Part shown: in pieces, positions 10,201 to 19,686 of the stretch | How the letters are laid out: every line of letters starts with the position of its first letter | How positions within the stretch are numbered: the first letter of the stretch is position 1 | Origin: Fibrobacteria bacterium | Lineage (GTDB): Bacteria; Fibrobacterota; Fibrobacteria; UBA11236; JADFYW01 | Assembly (NCBI GenBank): GCA_050294405.1 | Contig: JBNKOC010000014.1 | Location: 1 to 64,000 of the forward strand | Reading direction: 5' to 3' | Length of the DNA: 64,000 bases | Program-made: the position numbers and the translations under genes | Notes under the pieces: model-generated | Seen by the model: only the letters and a program-made list of their open reading frames with translations | What the model was told of the DNA's origin: nothing | Database searches by the model: none

Positions 10201-11237
10201 TTAGAAAAGGCCTTTAATACCAATTCAGCATCATCTTTGCCCTTGGTTTGAACGTCTAAGTAGCTATCCTTTTCACTGATATATAAATCAAATTTGCTTT
10301 TAAAAACCTTGGGATGGATATTAATTGCAGGAATGATTTTTTTAAAACTTACATTGGCTTCCATACCCAATGAGACAAATGGAACCGAGCCAAGACTTCC
10401 CGATAATTTTAAGTTCGTATTTTGAAAATCCCAGAACTTTAACCCGGGTAAAAGTTCTCTATAATCCATTCCATTATTTATTTGGGCTTCCACATTAACA
10501 TCTGGATTTTTAAAATTATACTCTGGTAACCTTACCATAACAGAAAAAACATCATTTTTTCGCTTCCCGCTAAGCTTAATATCAAGGCCATCTTTTTTAG
10601 GTTTAAGTTCCGTATACCCTGATTGCATAACATTTATATCATTATAATTCATAGCATTAAAGTTCAGTGAGTGGGAACCGTGAATATCACTTGAATATTC
10701 CAAATTTTTTATTTGGATAGAGTTCTTTTGTTCCAGGCTAACATATAGGCTATCCAGTTTTACAGTTAGCTTAAAGGGAAACTTCAGCTGTGGAATGTTT
10801 TTTTCTGGAATCCAGGATGTTTCTGACTTTTTCTCATTTTCACCTGCCGCTGAAGTTGCTTCATTTGTTATTGAAGTTTTGAAACTATCATTTTCTAACT
10901 TTTTTGGTAAATAAATATTTAACTGAGTGGCCTCTATTTTTATATGGCGATTTTTTAGTGAAAGTTTTTTTTGAGGGATTAAATTAAGCCTAGCCTGTTT
11001 AATGTTTATAGAGATATCCTTTTGAGCAATATCCAGATCGGGGCACTGAAGGGATAAGGACCAGGACCATTTTATGTCAGGGCATTTAACTAAAAATTCC
11101 CCAAATTGAATTCCCTCTCCCAACAGAGATTTTAAATAGGCATTCGAAAATACATAAATTCCCAAAGAGCAAATAAGCAAAAGAGCTGCGAAAAAAATTG
11201 CTGCTATTTTTAATTTTTTGGAAATTTTGATAAAAAT
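7278..11237 (-). CDS. tamB: TamB/AsmA-like large periplasm-spanning protein
   Basis: About 1300 aa beta-rich protein with an N-terminal membrane anchor and a DUF490-like C-terminal segment (GDVQLTGQIPDVLLTGEV, terminal YRYNFWEIW); adjacent to tamA. The ORF track starts at TTG 11180, but the frame is open to a probable ATT start at 11237. Confidence 0.7.
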   Translation of the reverse strand: MFIKISKKLKIAAIFFAALLLICSLGIYVFSNAYLKSLLGEGIQFGEFLVKCPDIKWSWSLSLQCPDLDIAQKDISINIKQARLNLIPQKKLSLKNRHIKIEATQLNIYLPKKLENDSFKTSITNEATSAAGENEKKSETSWIPEKNIPQLKFPFKLTVKLDSLYVSLEQKNSIQIKNLEYSSDIHGSHSLNFNAMNYNDINVMQSGYTELKPKKDGLDIKLSGKRKNDVFSVMVRLPEYNFKNPDVNVEAQINNGMDYRELLPGLKFWDFQNTNLKLSGSLGSVPFVSLGMEANVSFKKIIPAINIHPKVFKSKFDLYISEKDSYLDVQTKGKDDAELVLKAFSKKLGGLLKGPQYLDSLNNTDASFEGYFKDFGFVAGKNNIPIGINSLKGNIEEKRINIEMTTMDSSVLEAIIDYGKGFQINLEGQISPEETWVKTWTDSNFNYDDLQISLNGTGNEYNLQANLTQGRAYGSIADSLKLFGKIYPFGIQIDSSHWQQAENQWNVYGNILWGSSENMFKVSGKNQAGLYLWAKGADGDFNINMPGYKAIEFQTQFLRPHKLPYGGMEKIPFASPELTGLFKWNFAANSGEADLSAKININNKDISLNVFGDWTADYLELKDIKLEHNKEQLQFKSLIHLKKAPFFSPENFSIRNVEYFSINSSGLELSPWIAMIKDSLVDSLNFKGEMLYNQRGGFSGDLMLDNIRLQNASSELEFNSLVLSGNDFGITLVGGIHSQENEWLNHGFKLKVKNVLEETRDVQITLESLGKINSSINGKLYDSKIVKAVFDIEGDLDLGEQKGKINNLDVMGDIVFDFRDFKKPVFSVSNSKLKQLEYELENFPKLYAQGEFSLDSNQAFLKNLELKSENGQKAKAEGRLLFEDDLKAQFRLESQKFDFPFPGSHLLRTEGLSFKLEQNHPDLILKLDFKNGSYQHRESHMQVGTGLKSVSLQFNKHTGQKELLSSYKLAGELAVENFGLSHQTVSISSLSNMFKRLDRRKANKRKTQKKYLPVEMDLRVYTLGNNNLVNTTFLNSSFEGDVQLTGQIPDVLLTGEVNSIEGEFYLANKSYNLNILGLSWFVEPVEYGSTELSAQIKLAEDCYAKNSDSCYVELITTGKLNDLEFVYSGSCGGDLGDEGEALTLLKSVSLGCYDPDLTGEDASWAFASGLLTDITSSWLKKNTGGLVEGCQIYGIQHLIQNKEDKAQTTSPSYSGMTSENSATTSGVCQTGEIVKGVRGSLGLSSQENSTEYEVGLEWKPPLEKLSENSTWVHRVKNNILLDVKAKSVSDSKNRVEVETETELRLEAGAQYRYNFWEIW

Positions 11238-11301
11238 GAAACTGCCCTCGGTTTATTATTAACAAACCACTCTTGGAAAATAATGTAAATTATTCATGTA
11301 A

Positions 11302-12426
11302 ATGAAGCCCCTAAGAAATTCTCCTTTTAAAATACTGATTTTTCTCAACCTCCTTCTATCGGCCCAAACTTTATTATCCCATAATGCAGGCTCATTTTCA
11401 GATAGAGAAGCCCTGGAAAAATGTGGAATCCCGCAAAATTTGGATGCTGGTTATAGCGCAAATTTGCTCTTCAAAACAGCAGCTATTGATAGCTCTCCTG
11501 GATTTGGTTACAACTACGCCAGCCTGGAAGAGGATTTGAATAGCTGGGAAAAAAGCCCCCATATCAATCTTAGAAGTTTGGGCAAAAGCGTGGAGCAAAG
11601 GGAAATTTATTTGTTAACGCTAACAGATTCTGATATTCCCAATGAATCTAAAACTGTAATTACAATGCACAACCGCACCCATCCCTTGGAAGTTCAAAGT
11701 TGGTGGGTCCAAAAAGAGATGATAGAGTTTTTAATTTCTGATGATGTGGAAGCTCAAAATTTAAGAAAGAAAAATATTTATTTTATGATTCCCATGATAA
11801 ATCCCGATGGAGTAGAGCTTATGGCCGATTGCTCTGCGGGTTATGGCCGCTGCAACTCCTTGGGAGTAGATCTGGAAAGAGAATGGGCCACCACCACTCC
11901 CCAACCAGAAGTGGCTTCAGTTAAAAATTTTTATGATAGTTTGATGAACAGCAATAACCCCATTCGAATCGCCTTAAACTTACACTCTGCATTTGGCTGC
12001 AGCCGGTATTTTTGGTTTCACCATGAACTAGGCACATCAGCATTTTATGCAGACATGGAAAAAAAATTTATTGAATTAGTGCGAGGACACTCTCAGAAAA
12101 CAATTGCTCCCTGGAATACCAATGTTTCCTGGCAAGTAGGAGCACCTGACTATTTTCCCGAAAGTTGGTTTTGGTTTAATTTTGGAGCAGAAGTTCTGGC
12201 TCTTACCTATGAAGATGTAAAGGATTGTCCTGAGCTTGAAAACAATTGGCAAGCCCCGGCCTTTGCCATATTAAGGGGAAGCCAGGATTTTTTAGACGGT
12301 ATCGAACCAACTGATCTTCGGCCTTATATTTCTGGAAATGCCAATAAAATAGGCATGAATACTCATGCTATACATATTAAAAACAGGGACTTACGGGGAC
12401 GTAAAGTTTTCCCAAATAGAAAATAA
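11302..12426 (+). CDS. Secreted M14 family zinc carboxypeptidase with a short basic C-terminal tail
   Basis: Signal peptide; HPLE (HxxE), NPDG, RCN..GVDLER and NLHS motifs; tail RDLRGRKVF. Confidence 0.85.
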   Translation: MKPLRNSPFKILIFLNLLLSAQTLLSHNAGSFSDREALEKCGIPQNLDAGYSANLLFKTAAIDSSPGFGYNYASLEEDLNSWEKSPHINLRSLGKSVEQREIYLLTLTDSDIPNESKTVITMHNRTHPLEVQSWWVQKEMIEFLISDDVEAQNLRKKNIYFMIPMINPDGVELMADCSAGYGRCNSLGVDLEREWATTTPQPEVASVKNFYDSLMNSNNPIRIALNLHSAFGCSRYFWFHHELGTSAFYADMEKKFIELVRGHSQKTIAPWNTNVSWQVGAPDYFPESWFWFNFGAEVLALTYEDVKDCPELENNWQAPAFAILRGSQDFLDGIEPTDLRPYISGNANKIGMNTHAIHIKNRDLRGRKVFPNRK

Positions 12427-12486
12427 AACCATTAGAAAATAGCATTAAAAAACCTGCCAGGCACAATTGTTATTCAATAGGGAGCT

Positions 12487-13395
12487 TTAATCGTCCAGCT
12501 CACCAAATACAAGTTCCAGTAAATCTGTCACTCTGGCTAAAGGGTCCTTGCGAATTTTAGTTTCTTCTTCACCCACCATTAAAAACAAGCCATCCAAAGC
12601 TTTTGTTGTGGTGAACTCTCCTAAATCCGTATTAACATGAGATAAATTTAGGGGCATTTCCAATTTATCATCAGGGCTACTTTGCAGGGAGTTATAGGAA
12701 CTCACCGCCGTGCTACTGGTAAACTCATCCACCATATCCACAAATTGATTGTGGTAACTGGAATAATCTTTCCAAATTTCAGCGGCATTAACAAGTTCTA
12801 GAGTGGAATCCACAAACGGTCGAAAAAGGCTGGTTAAAGGCGAAATGGTTTTGCCGTGAAAATAACTGGTGGCCGCAGTGGAATCTCCATGTAAAATATC
12901 CAAGCCATCATCAATAGTCATGTTCGTAATGGCATTCCAAAAAATATCCACTGACAAAGGCGCTGCTGCTTCGGCCGCCCTGTTTAAACCTAAAAGCAGT
13001 TCGCTTCTTAAGGACTTAAAGCGCTCAAGAGAAAAATCGCTTCCCTCAAATAGATATGTTGTGGCATTGTAAGCTAAATTCAAGGCTAAATTACCTTCCA
13101 CGGTCTCCGTAAATTTGTCCGCATATCCAAGAGCCGTTTCTACTTCATCTGGAACGGGAATTTTGACTAGGCTATTGCCAAAGTACCCGTCTTCCTGATG
13201 TAAGTCCTTAGCTGCATTTTCCGTTCCTATGCTTAAAGCCTCTTTAAGCCCAGCAATAATTTGGCTGGCTGTGGGGCCCGAAAGCCCTCCTCCACCGGTA
13301 TCTGAAATTAAATCTTCTAAACTGCATTGGGATAGCATAGCAACAGAAATAATGCCTACGGCCAGGGAGCCCGTTATTTTTCTTTTTAATTTCAC
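12487..13395 (-). CDS. DUF4197 family lipoprotein
   Basis: GLKEAL, LNRAAE, ILHG..TAATSYF, ALDGLF..VGEEE.KIRKDP motifs; lipobox LSQC; GGGAGG RBS before GTG 13395. Confidence 0.85.
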   Translation of the reverse strand: MKLKRKITGSLAVGIISVAMLSQCSLEDLISDTGGGGLSGPTASQIIAGLKEALSIGTENAAKDLHQEDGYFGNSLVKIPVPDEVETALGYADKFTETVEGNLALNLAYNATTYLFEGSDFSLERFKSLRSELLLGLNRAAEAAAPLSVDIFWNAITNMTIDDGLDILHGDSTAATSYFHGKTISPLTSLFRPFVDSTLELVNAAEIWKDYSSYHNQFVDMVDEFTSSTAVSSYNSLQSSPDDKLEMPLNLSHVNTDLGEFTTTKALDGLFLMVGEEETKIRKDPLARVTDLLELVFGELDD

Positions 13396-13427
13396 AATTC
13401 CTCCCATATACATCAGGTCGATTCTTA

Positions 13428-16226
13428 TTAAAGGCCAAACTTTTTAATGGAGCTGCCAAGGCCTTTTTTAGCTTCTTCTTTCGCCTTTTCTTTGGCTTTT
13501 TCTTCGGCCTTTCTTTTTTCTTCCTTGGCCTTTTCTTCAGCGGCTTTTTTCTGAGCCTCCAGTTTAGCCTTTTCAGCGTCTAATTTAGCCTGAGCTGCTT
13601 TTTTCTTCGCATCCACTGCTGCAGCCGCTTTGGCCTTTTCCGCATTTAGTTTTTCCATGGCTTTGGCTTTTTCTTTGTCCAGTTTGGCTTTCAAAGCCTC
13701 TTTGGCCTGGTCTTTAACAGAAGCTCCCATTTTTTCCTTATCCATCCCCATGTATTTAGGCGCACTTAAAAGGCCTCCAAATAAATGGTACAACAATACA
13801 TTGCCTTTTTTATCCTGTGGAAAAGCGCTTATGTTATTAAAAGCGCTGGTACCTGCCGCTTTAGCCAAGGCATCTTTTCCTTTGGATTGCGCGCCAGCCA
13901 ACATCTTGCTTTGAGATCCTGTCAAGGTCTGAGTTACAGTTAAATCCAAGCTATTGTCAAAACCAACAGAACCCCCAAAATCCATTTTGCCCACCGGGGA
14001 TTTTTCAATATCCAAATGTTTAACAATCATTTTTCCATCCCTGGCCTCTAAATCCATATCCAGCTTGGAAAAAGTAAAACCTTTAAAAGACAGAGACTTG
14101 TGCAGCTTGGTAAGGTTCGAGGACAAACTGCTAATCACACCCACATTTTTTAATTCGCCATTTAGCACTCCAGCATATATATCCCCTGTCATGTTATTGC
14201 TAAAATCCTGTGGAAGTCCGAATGTTTTAACATCCATATCCAGTTGAAGTTTTCCAAAAACAGTATTATCTGTCTCTGAAAAAGATTTGGCAATTGCGTT
14301 GCTTGGAGGAATTTTGTCATTGATTACCGATATAAAATCATTGGCTTCCACCTTATTTACATTGAGTTTCATATCGATTTGCGCGCTTTTTCTATCCTGC
14401 AAATTAACCGTCAAATCATTGCTAAAGGACCCGGTATACAAATAGCCCTTTAAGTTAGATTTCAAAATAGAGTTGTTGAGCACTGTTTTTTGACTGTAAT
14501 TTGTCATCTCCAAATCCATGAGCTTGGTTTTTTTCAAATTCATGTTTAGACTGAGCAATACATCGGGCAATTCAGGATACTCTGTGAGAGGCTCAGATTC
14601 TACTTCTTCTGTGACCTCTTCCTCTGTGCTACCCGTGGGAAGAAGTTTATCCAGGTCCAGATATGCGGAGGTTATGTTAACCACAACATTTGTCTTTTTG
14701 CCTTTTGCCATTTCGGTCATAGCCATAGCTAAATAATCTTTCACATCCACATTCACATTTAGATCCGATTCACCTAACTTTACGGCTAGTTTTTCGGATA
14801 TGGATGCATTATTAATTTCTACCTGGCCGTTCACTTCCAACTTTTCAGGTAATTCGGGAGATACCACTTTTATATCTTTTAGAGATACATTACCGCTCGC
14901 ATTTATTCCCATTGGATTGTTGGGGTCCAAAACGCCGTTGGCCTGGATATTAGCTTTGATAAACCCTGCCAACTCTGTCCCCACGGGGGCAACTCCAAAC
15001 TTATCCGCAAGCTCCATAAATTTCCCCAAATCAAAATCCGCCCGTAAATCAAATTTATCCAGGTTAGGAGTTTTAAGAAGGTTAGAAATGGCAATGGCGA
15101 TGTTTACAGGATGTTTATCCAAAAAGAAGCTAAAGTTGGTTAGCGAAAAATCATTCTCTGTTAGCTTTAGGGTTCCGTTCAAATCATTTAAACTTGCGGG
15201 AATATCTTTATGGGAAAAATTCATATCATGTAAAGAAAGATTAATATTCATTTTCGGTTTCGGTGCGGAGTCCAGTACGGCTGCGAAGGCTGCATCAATT
15301 AAGGCATGGCCAGAAGCAGAGAGTTTTGGAATATCCGGCGATAAATTGCTTGGCACTTCCTTTAGAATGGAAGCCATTTTAATTTCATTGGATTTAACTG
15401 TAACATCAACATTGGGAGGTCCCGATAAAAAATTTTGAACCTGGCCTTTGGTGGAAATAAAAATATCCTGCAACCCCACTTTAACTTCGGAAATCACTAT
15501 TTCCTGCTTTGGCAGGTTTACAGATACATTATGGTTTAATGAAAAGCGAACTTTCCCTTTTTGCACACCAGAAGCTTTGTCTTCAACAGCAATGGAGGCC
15601 ACAATTAATTCTCCAACGGTCTTGATATTCTCCAACTTACTGTCTATATCCACAGATACATTTTGGTTGATATCGCCCAATGTTATGTATTGGCCAGTCT
15701 GGTGGTTTTTATAACGCACCCGGGCATTTTCAATAATAAATGCCTTCATAGCCAAATTTCCCGGCAAGCTAGTGGGGATTTCTGTTGGCGTTGAGTCCTG
15801 AACAACCTCTTCCTCTTCTTCTTTTGCCTGCGTTCCTCCCAGGCCGTCCAAATTCATGACTCCGTTTTTATCTACTTCTAGGAGTATGTCGGGCTCCACC
15901 AACCTTATTTCCTTAATAACCGGAGACATGGAAACAATGGACATAAAATCAATTTGCAGGCTAATGGCTTTGATACTGAACATAGGCTCTTCAGAAAACT
16001 TTTTCCCATTGGCCAGGCTTACATTCTCAACATTGAGCTTTATGGCGGGAAAAACTCCCACGGAAGCCCCACCCACTTTAACCTCTCTGCCCAAGGCCGC
16101 AGAACCCTGTTCGCTGATAATGGCCATCACTTTTTCGGCGGGTAAAAATATTTTAACCCCAATCCACAGGGCCAGATATCCCACTACAATCAGAGCTATG
16201 ATTCCAATTAACAGTTTCTTAAACAT
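13428..16226 (-). CDS. AsmA family protein with a Lys/Ala/Glu-rich coiled C-terminus
   Basis: N-terminal TM anchor; AsmA N-terminal pattern (LGREV, FP.I.L....VSL.N, I.L..P.I.L....G..N); C-terminal GSVGFDNSLD. Confidence 0.85.
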   Translation of the reverse strand: MFKKLLIGIIALIVVGYLALWIGVKIFLPAEKVMAIISEQGSAALGREVKVGGASVGVFPAIKLNVENVSLANGKKFSEEPMFSIKAISLQIDFMSIVSMSPVIKEIRLVEPDILLEVDKNGVMNLDGLGGTQAKEEEEEVVQDSTPTEIPTSLPGNLAMKAFIIENARVRYKNHQTGQYITLGDINQNVSVDIDSKLENIKTVGELIVASIAVEDKASGVQKGKVRFSLNHNVSVNLPKQEIVISEVKVGLQDIFISTKGQVQNFLSGPPNVDVTVKSNEIKMASILKEVPSNLSPDIPKLSASGHALIDAAFAAVLDSAPKPKMNINLSLHDMNFSHKDIPASLNDLNGTLKLTENDFSLTNFSFFLDKHPVNIAIAISNLLKTPNLDKFDLRADFDLGKFMELADKFGVAPVGTELAGFIKANIQANGVLDPNNPMGINASGNVSLKDIKVVSPELPEKLEVNGQVEINNASISEKLAVKLGESDLNVNVDVKDYLAMAMTEMAKGKKTNVVVNITSAYLDLDKLLPTGSTEEEVTEEVESEPLTEYPELPDVLLSLNMNLKKTKLMDLEMTNYSQKTVLNNSILKSNLKGYLYTGSFSNDLTVNLQDRKSAQIDMKLNVNKVEANDFISVINDKIPPSNAIAKSFSETDNTVFGKLQLDMDVKTFGLPQDFSNNMTGDIYAGVLNGELKNVGVISSLSSNLTKLHKSLSFKGFTFSKLDMDLEARDGKMIVKHLDIEKSPVGKMDFGGSVGFDNSLDLTVTQTLTGSQSKMLAGAQSKGKDALAKAAGTSAFNNISAFPQDKKGNVLLYHLFGGLLSAPKYMGMDKEKMGASVKDQAKEALKAKLDKEKAKAMEKLNAEKAKAAAAVDAKKKAAQAKLDAEKAKLEAQKKAAEEKAKEEKRKAEEKAKEKAKEEAKKGLGSSIKKFGL

Positions 16227-16545
16227 TTATACGCCTTTTGTTATTTTTGGTGGACAAGGAGGGTTTTTGCACTCCCCCAATGTGAAATTTATTGAATACC
16301 CATTCATTATCTTATTTTTCAAAAACGATGCACTCCATAATCTAAACAATTCCCTTTAGAAAAAGGCCTGTTTTTGCCAAAAATCAGGATTTACCGGTTT
16401 TTTTGATAAATTCATTAAAAATTAAAAAACTAGGGCATGGTAGAAGCCTGTATCCGCCTGCTTTTTTTTTGCCATGCTCAATTTTTGGGGCTATCCCAAT
16501 AGATAACCAACCCTATCCAAATATCAATTTTCACTTCCATGGAAC

Positions 16546-18759
16546 TTAAAAACTAACATCCAATGCCAGATAATAGAACCTTTCATTATCTCCCATGGCC
16601 CCTGTATCCGAAGGACCTTCCCTCGATTCAGCCCCCACGAGAGGGCTCTCATTCTCAAAAACATTTATCACATGGAAATAAGTTCTGAATTTTTTGGCGA
16701 ATGTATAATGCACATTACAATTTACCCTTAGCCGCGGCCTTTCATGGAATTCAACAGTTTCCTCACTACTAGCACATTTTTTCTCGTTACAAATATCCAC
16801 TGGAGAGGCAAAGTAACTAGAAAACTGATACCCAATTTGGGGCTTAGGATTGTGGGAAAAAGAGAGTTTAAGGAGGTGTTCCGGATACGATGCCCACCTG
16901 TCTTTCGCCGCATTCATCAAGACTAATGTAGCATCTGAAGGATTAGTAGGGCCAGGACGGGAAAAACCATAGGATCCTCTAATCTGTATTTTATTTTTAA
17001 TTAATAAGTTAGTGCCTAAATCAACTCCCCAGGAATCTATTTTATCCCCGGTATTTCGATAGGACTCCACATAATATTCTGAAACTGGTATGCTGTCGTT
17101 AAGCCTATTCCAAGGTATACCCGCATAGGCAGCCCGATATTCTTCGTCACTATCAAACATTTCCCTTGGCCACTCAGCCCAATCTAAAACATTGGAATAT
17201 CGATTATAATAAACAGTAGCGTCAAAATTTAAAGGAATGGACTTCAAGTGATGAAGGTAATTAAATTGCAGGCTTCCCACTTTCTCCGCCTTAAGCTGGC
17301 CGATAGGTTTGAAACCCGCATCTTTTAAGCTCGCGTTGATCATGCCAATGTATCTAAAGTAGCCTATATCTGGATATCGAAAGCCTTCTTGATAAGAAAC
17401 TTTAAATGTATGTTGCATTCCCGGCAAATAGGCAAATGCAAGCCGATATGAATTCGCAAAAATGTTATCCGCTGAAAAATTTACGCCGTTGGGAACCTCT
17501 TCCTTGTCTACCAATCCCATGTCGCTGTATTCCACATAGTCCAGTCTTGCACCAGCTATCACTGAAAAAGTAGGGCTAATCTGGAGGTTATATTCCGTAT
17601 ACAACTCAGCTTCTTTTAATACGGCATCAATAATCTCTTCCGTATACAGAGTGTTTTCACCAAAGTATTGGTTGCCGGCATCGAACTTCTTTAATTTGAA
17701 CCCAAACCCAAGCGCCAGCTGATGGCCATTGCGTTCAAAAAATAGCGTGTTTCTGGAGGCTAGGTGTACTTGGGAGCCCCCCTTTGATGCTTCAGAGCTG
17801 TAAAAATGAACGCCGTGATCTATAAAATTAACCGGAAAGGATAATTTTAAGCGAAAATAATTTGATAAGGGAAAGACATAGTCCAATCTGCTGGCCCAGT
17901 ATTTTTGCCAATATAAGTCGTCTCGGCCTGGAAGAACCTGTTCATACAAGTTATTTCGGCTGTTAACAATACTCTGGTACTGTGTTTGAAAATGCAAACT
18001 GTCCCAATTTAAATAGGCAGAAAATTTTTGATGCTTTGGCATTTGGTAAACTTTGCCAAATTTAGCATCCGATTCAAAATCTGAAGCGGAGCGTTCTAAA
18101 AAATTATCCGGTTCAAAACCGTCAGACTGGGCCCACCCAGCATAAACATACAAATCCCTCCCCTTTCCATAATTAAGGCCATGACCTAATTCCTGGCTTT
18201 TTAATTGTTCTTTAAAACCATAGCTCATTCTAAGTTGGCTGCCGCGATTATTCGTTCCGTTTTTCGAAACAACATTCACTACTGAATTTATAGCTCCTGA
18301 GCCATGTAACAATGAACCTGGTCCATGGATAATTTCCAGGTGGTCTATATCGCCAAGCAAAACACTTTGAAGCCCGGCCTGGTATCCGTAATGGTTTTTG
18401 GGATTTAGATTCTGGCCATTAAGCATGAATACGGTTTTAGCATTGTTATCGGTATCAATCCCCCGCACTGCTGTTTTTGGGCCAGCAAAATGAGTGTAAC
18501 TTAAAGTTGTGGAAGGTACATAATGTTCAAATACATCTCTTAGATGTATAACCGGGGACAACCTCAACTCATTTTGTGTTAAAATCCAAGGTACTCCAGG
18601 GCTTAACCGAGAGTTTGGTTCAAAATATCCTGAGGAGGCGATTTTAACTTTTAAAAGTTCTTCCAACGACAAGTCAACCAATTCGTTTACAGTTAATTGT
18701 CTTTCAGCTGGTATGCTTTGGGAAAACAAACCTAAAAGGAAAAGAGTTTTAAAGAACAT
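16546..18759 (-). CDS. TonB-dependent outer-membrane receptor
   Basis: Plug motifs DLSLEELLKV, VRG, IEII.GPGSLLHGSGA; barrel motifs GARLD, GFRYP, NVFE; terminal Phe. Start 18759 chosen for its signal peptide (track: 18825). Confidence 0.9.
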   Translation of the reverse strand: MFFKTLFLLGLFSQSIPAERQLTVNELVDLSLEELLKVKIASSGYFEPNSRLSPGVPWILTQNELRLSPVIHLRDVFEHYVPSTTLSYTHFAGPKTAVRGIDTDNNAKTVFMLNGQNLNPKNHYGYQAGLQSVLLGDIDHLEIIHGPGSLLHGSGAINSVVNVVSKNGTNNRGSQLRMSYGFKEQLKSQELGHGLNYGKGRDLYVYAGWAQSDGFEPDNFLERSASDFESDAKFGKVYQMPKHQKFSAYLNWDSLHFQTQYQSIVNSRNNLYEQVLPGRDDLYWQKYWASRLDYVFPLSNYFRLKLSFPVNFIDHGVHFYSSEASKGGSQVHLASRNTLFFERNGHQLALGFGFKLKKFDAGNQYFGENTLYTEEIIDAVLKEAELYTEYNLQISPTFSVIAGARLDYVEYSDMGLVDKEEVPNGVNFSADNIFANSYRLAFAYLPGMQHTFKVSYQEGFRYPDIGYFRYIGMINASLKDAGFKPIGQLKAEKVGSLQFNYLHHLKSIPLNFDATVYYNRYSNVLDWAEWPREMFDSDEEYRAAYAGIPWNRLNDSIPVSEYYVESYRNTGDKIDSWGVDLGTNLLIKNKIQIRGSYGFSRPGPTNPSDATLVLMNAAKDRWASYPEHLLKLSFSHNPKPQIGYQFSSYFASPVDICNEKKCASSEETVEFHERPRLRVNCNVHYTFAKKFRTYFHVINVFENESPLVGAESREGPSDTGAMGDNERFYYLALDVSF

Positions 18760-18954
18760 GTTTTTCTTTATTAATTTTAATGGAAATTTTAAATTCAGAT
18801 AGTCCTCCAGATTGGACATATGCAATAAAACATGCAGGTCTTAAAAAGCAAAAAAAAGATACATTAATTTTAATTTTGGGTGTTCTTTTTTTTCAAATAC
18901 GATGCAATATGCAAAAATTATTGGTTTTTTTTCTTAAACAAGAATGGAGACGTT

Positions 18955-19473
18955 CTGAACACATATATCATATTGCTAAGAGCTGTGAATGTAGGCGGTA
19001 AAAACCTCATCCCAATGAAGACCTTAAAGTCGGCGTTAACTGATGGTGGTTTTGAAAAAGTACACACCTATATCCAAAGTGGAAATATTCTGTTGCAATC
19101 AAAATCAAACCCGAGTAATAAAATTGTTAGCATCATTGAAAATCAATTTGGTTTTAGACCCTCAGTGCTGGCCATTTCAAAGGAAAGTTTTGAAAAAACC
19201 CTGAAAGAAAACCCATTTCCTTCTGAAAATCGTAAAATTGTTCACTTATATTTTTGCCACAAAACCCCATTATTAAACAAGAAAAAATTGGAGTCTTTCA
19301 TTGCGAAAGATGAAAGTTTTAAGTTGCTAGGAAAAATATTTTACTTACATGCTCCAAGCGGCATAGGGCGCTCAAAGTTAGTGGCAAATATTGAGGCTTG
19401 CCTCGGTGTCACTGCAACGGGGAGAAATTTAAACACCATTTTAAAATTAAATGAAATGTTAAATTCATTGTAA
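18955..19473 (+). CDS. DUF1697 family protein
   Basis: YIILLRAVNVGG, TYIQSGNI and terminal TGRNLNT are DUF1697 signatures. Probable CTG start at 18955 (track: 18880). Confidence 0.85.
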   Translation: MNTYIILLRAVNVGGKNLIPMKTLKSALTDGGFEKVHTYIQSGNILLQSKSNPSNKIVSIIENQFGFRPSVLAISKESFEKTLKENPFPSENRKIVHLYFCHKTPLLNKKKLESFIAKDESFKLLGKIFYLHAPSGIGRSKLVANIEACLGVTATGRNLNTILKLNEMLNSL

Positions 19474-19686
19474 AACCGCGTTTAAGGTGTGGATTATTGT
19501 CCAGAGTTATTTGCCACCCAACCTTCACTTGTTTTTCCATCATGGATAATTCCCAAAAAATGGGATTTTTTGCCAATTTCCTATAGTTTTTAAAATCCTC
19601 AACCTTATTTTACCCCCCAATTCGAATTAAATTTAATAGCGGGCGTTGAACCCAGTCTTTACTAAAGACAACAAGTAAAGTTAGGC

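Noticed and set aside
13440..13710. Repetitive K/A/E-coding DNA at the asmA 3' end (similar low complexity at 670-860 in the helicase tail)
   Set aside because: Protein-level low complexity, not a DNA repeat array or CRISPR.
14800..15438. Long antisense ORFs (212 aa here; also 51660-52298, 28429-28935, 38069-38560, 15856-16359)
   Set aside because: They shadow well-supported genes on the opposite strand and show no motifs or RBS; typical antisense open frames.
16432..16479. Imperfect inverted repeat GCATGG...CCATGC between the TonB receptor and asmA genes
   Set aside because: Weak pairing and no riboswitch consensus recognised; cannot be classified.
19639..19657. Minus strand GACTGGGTTCAACGCCCGC resembles a tRNA/tmRNA T-arm (possible att remnant)
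   Set aside because: No acceptor stem, CCA end, D arm or anticodon arm, and no integrase nearby; likely chance.
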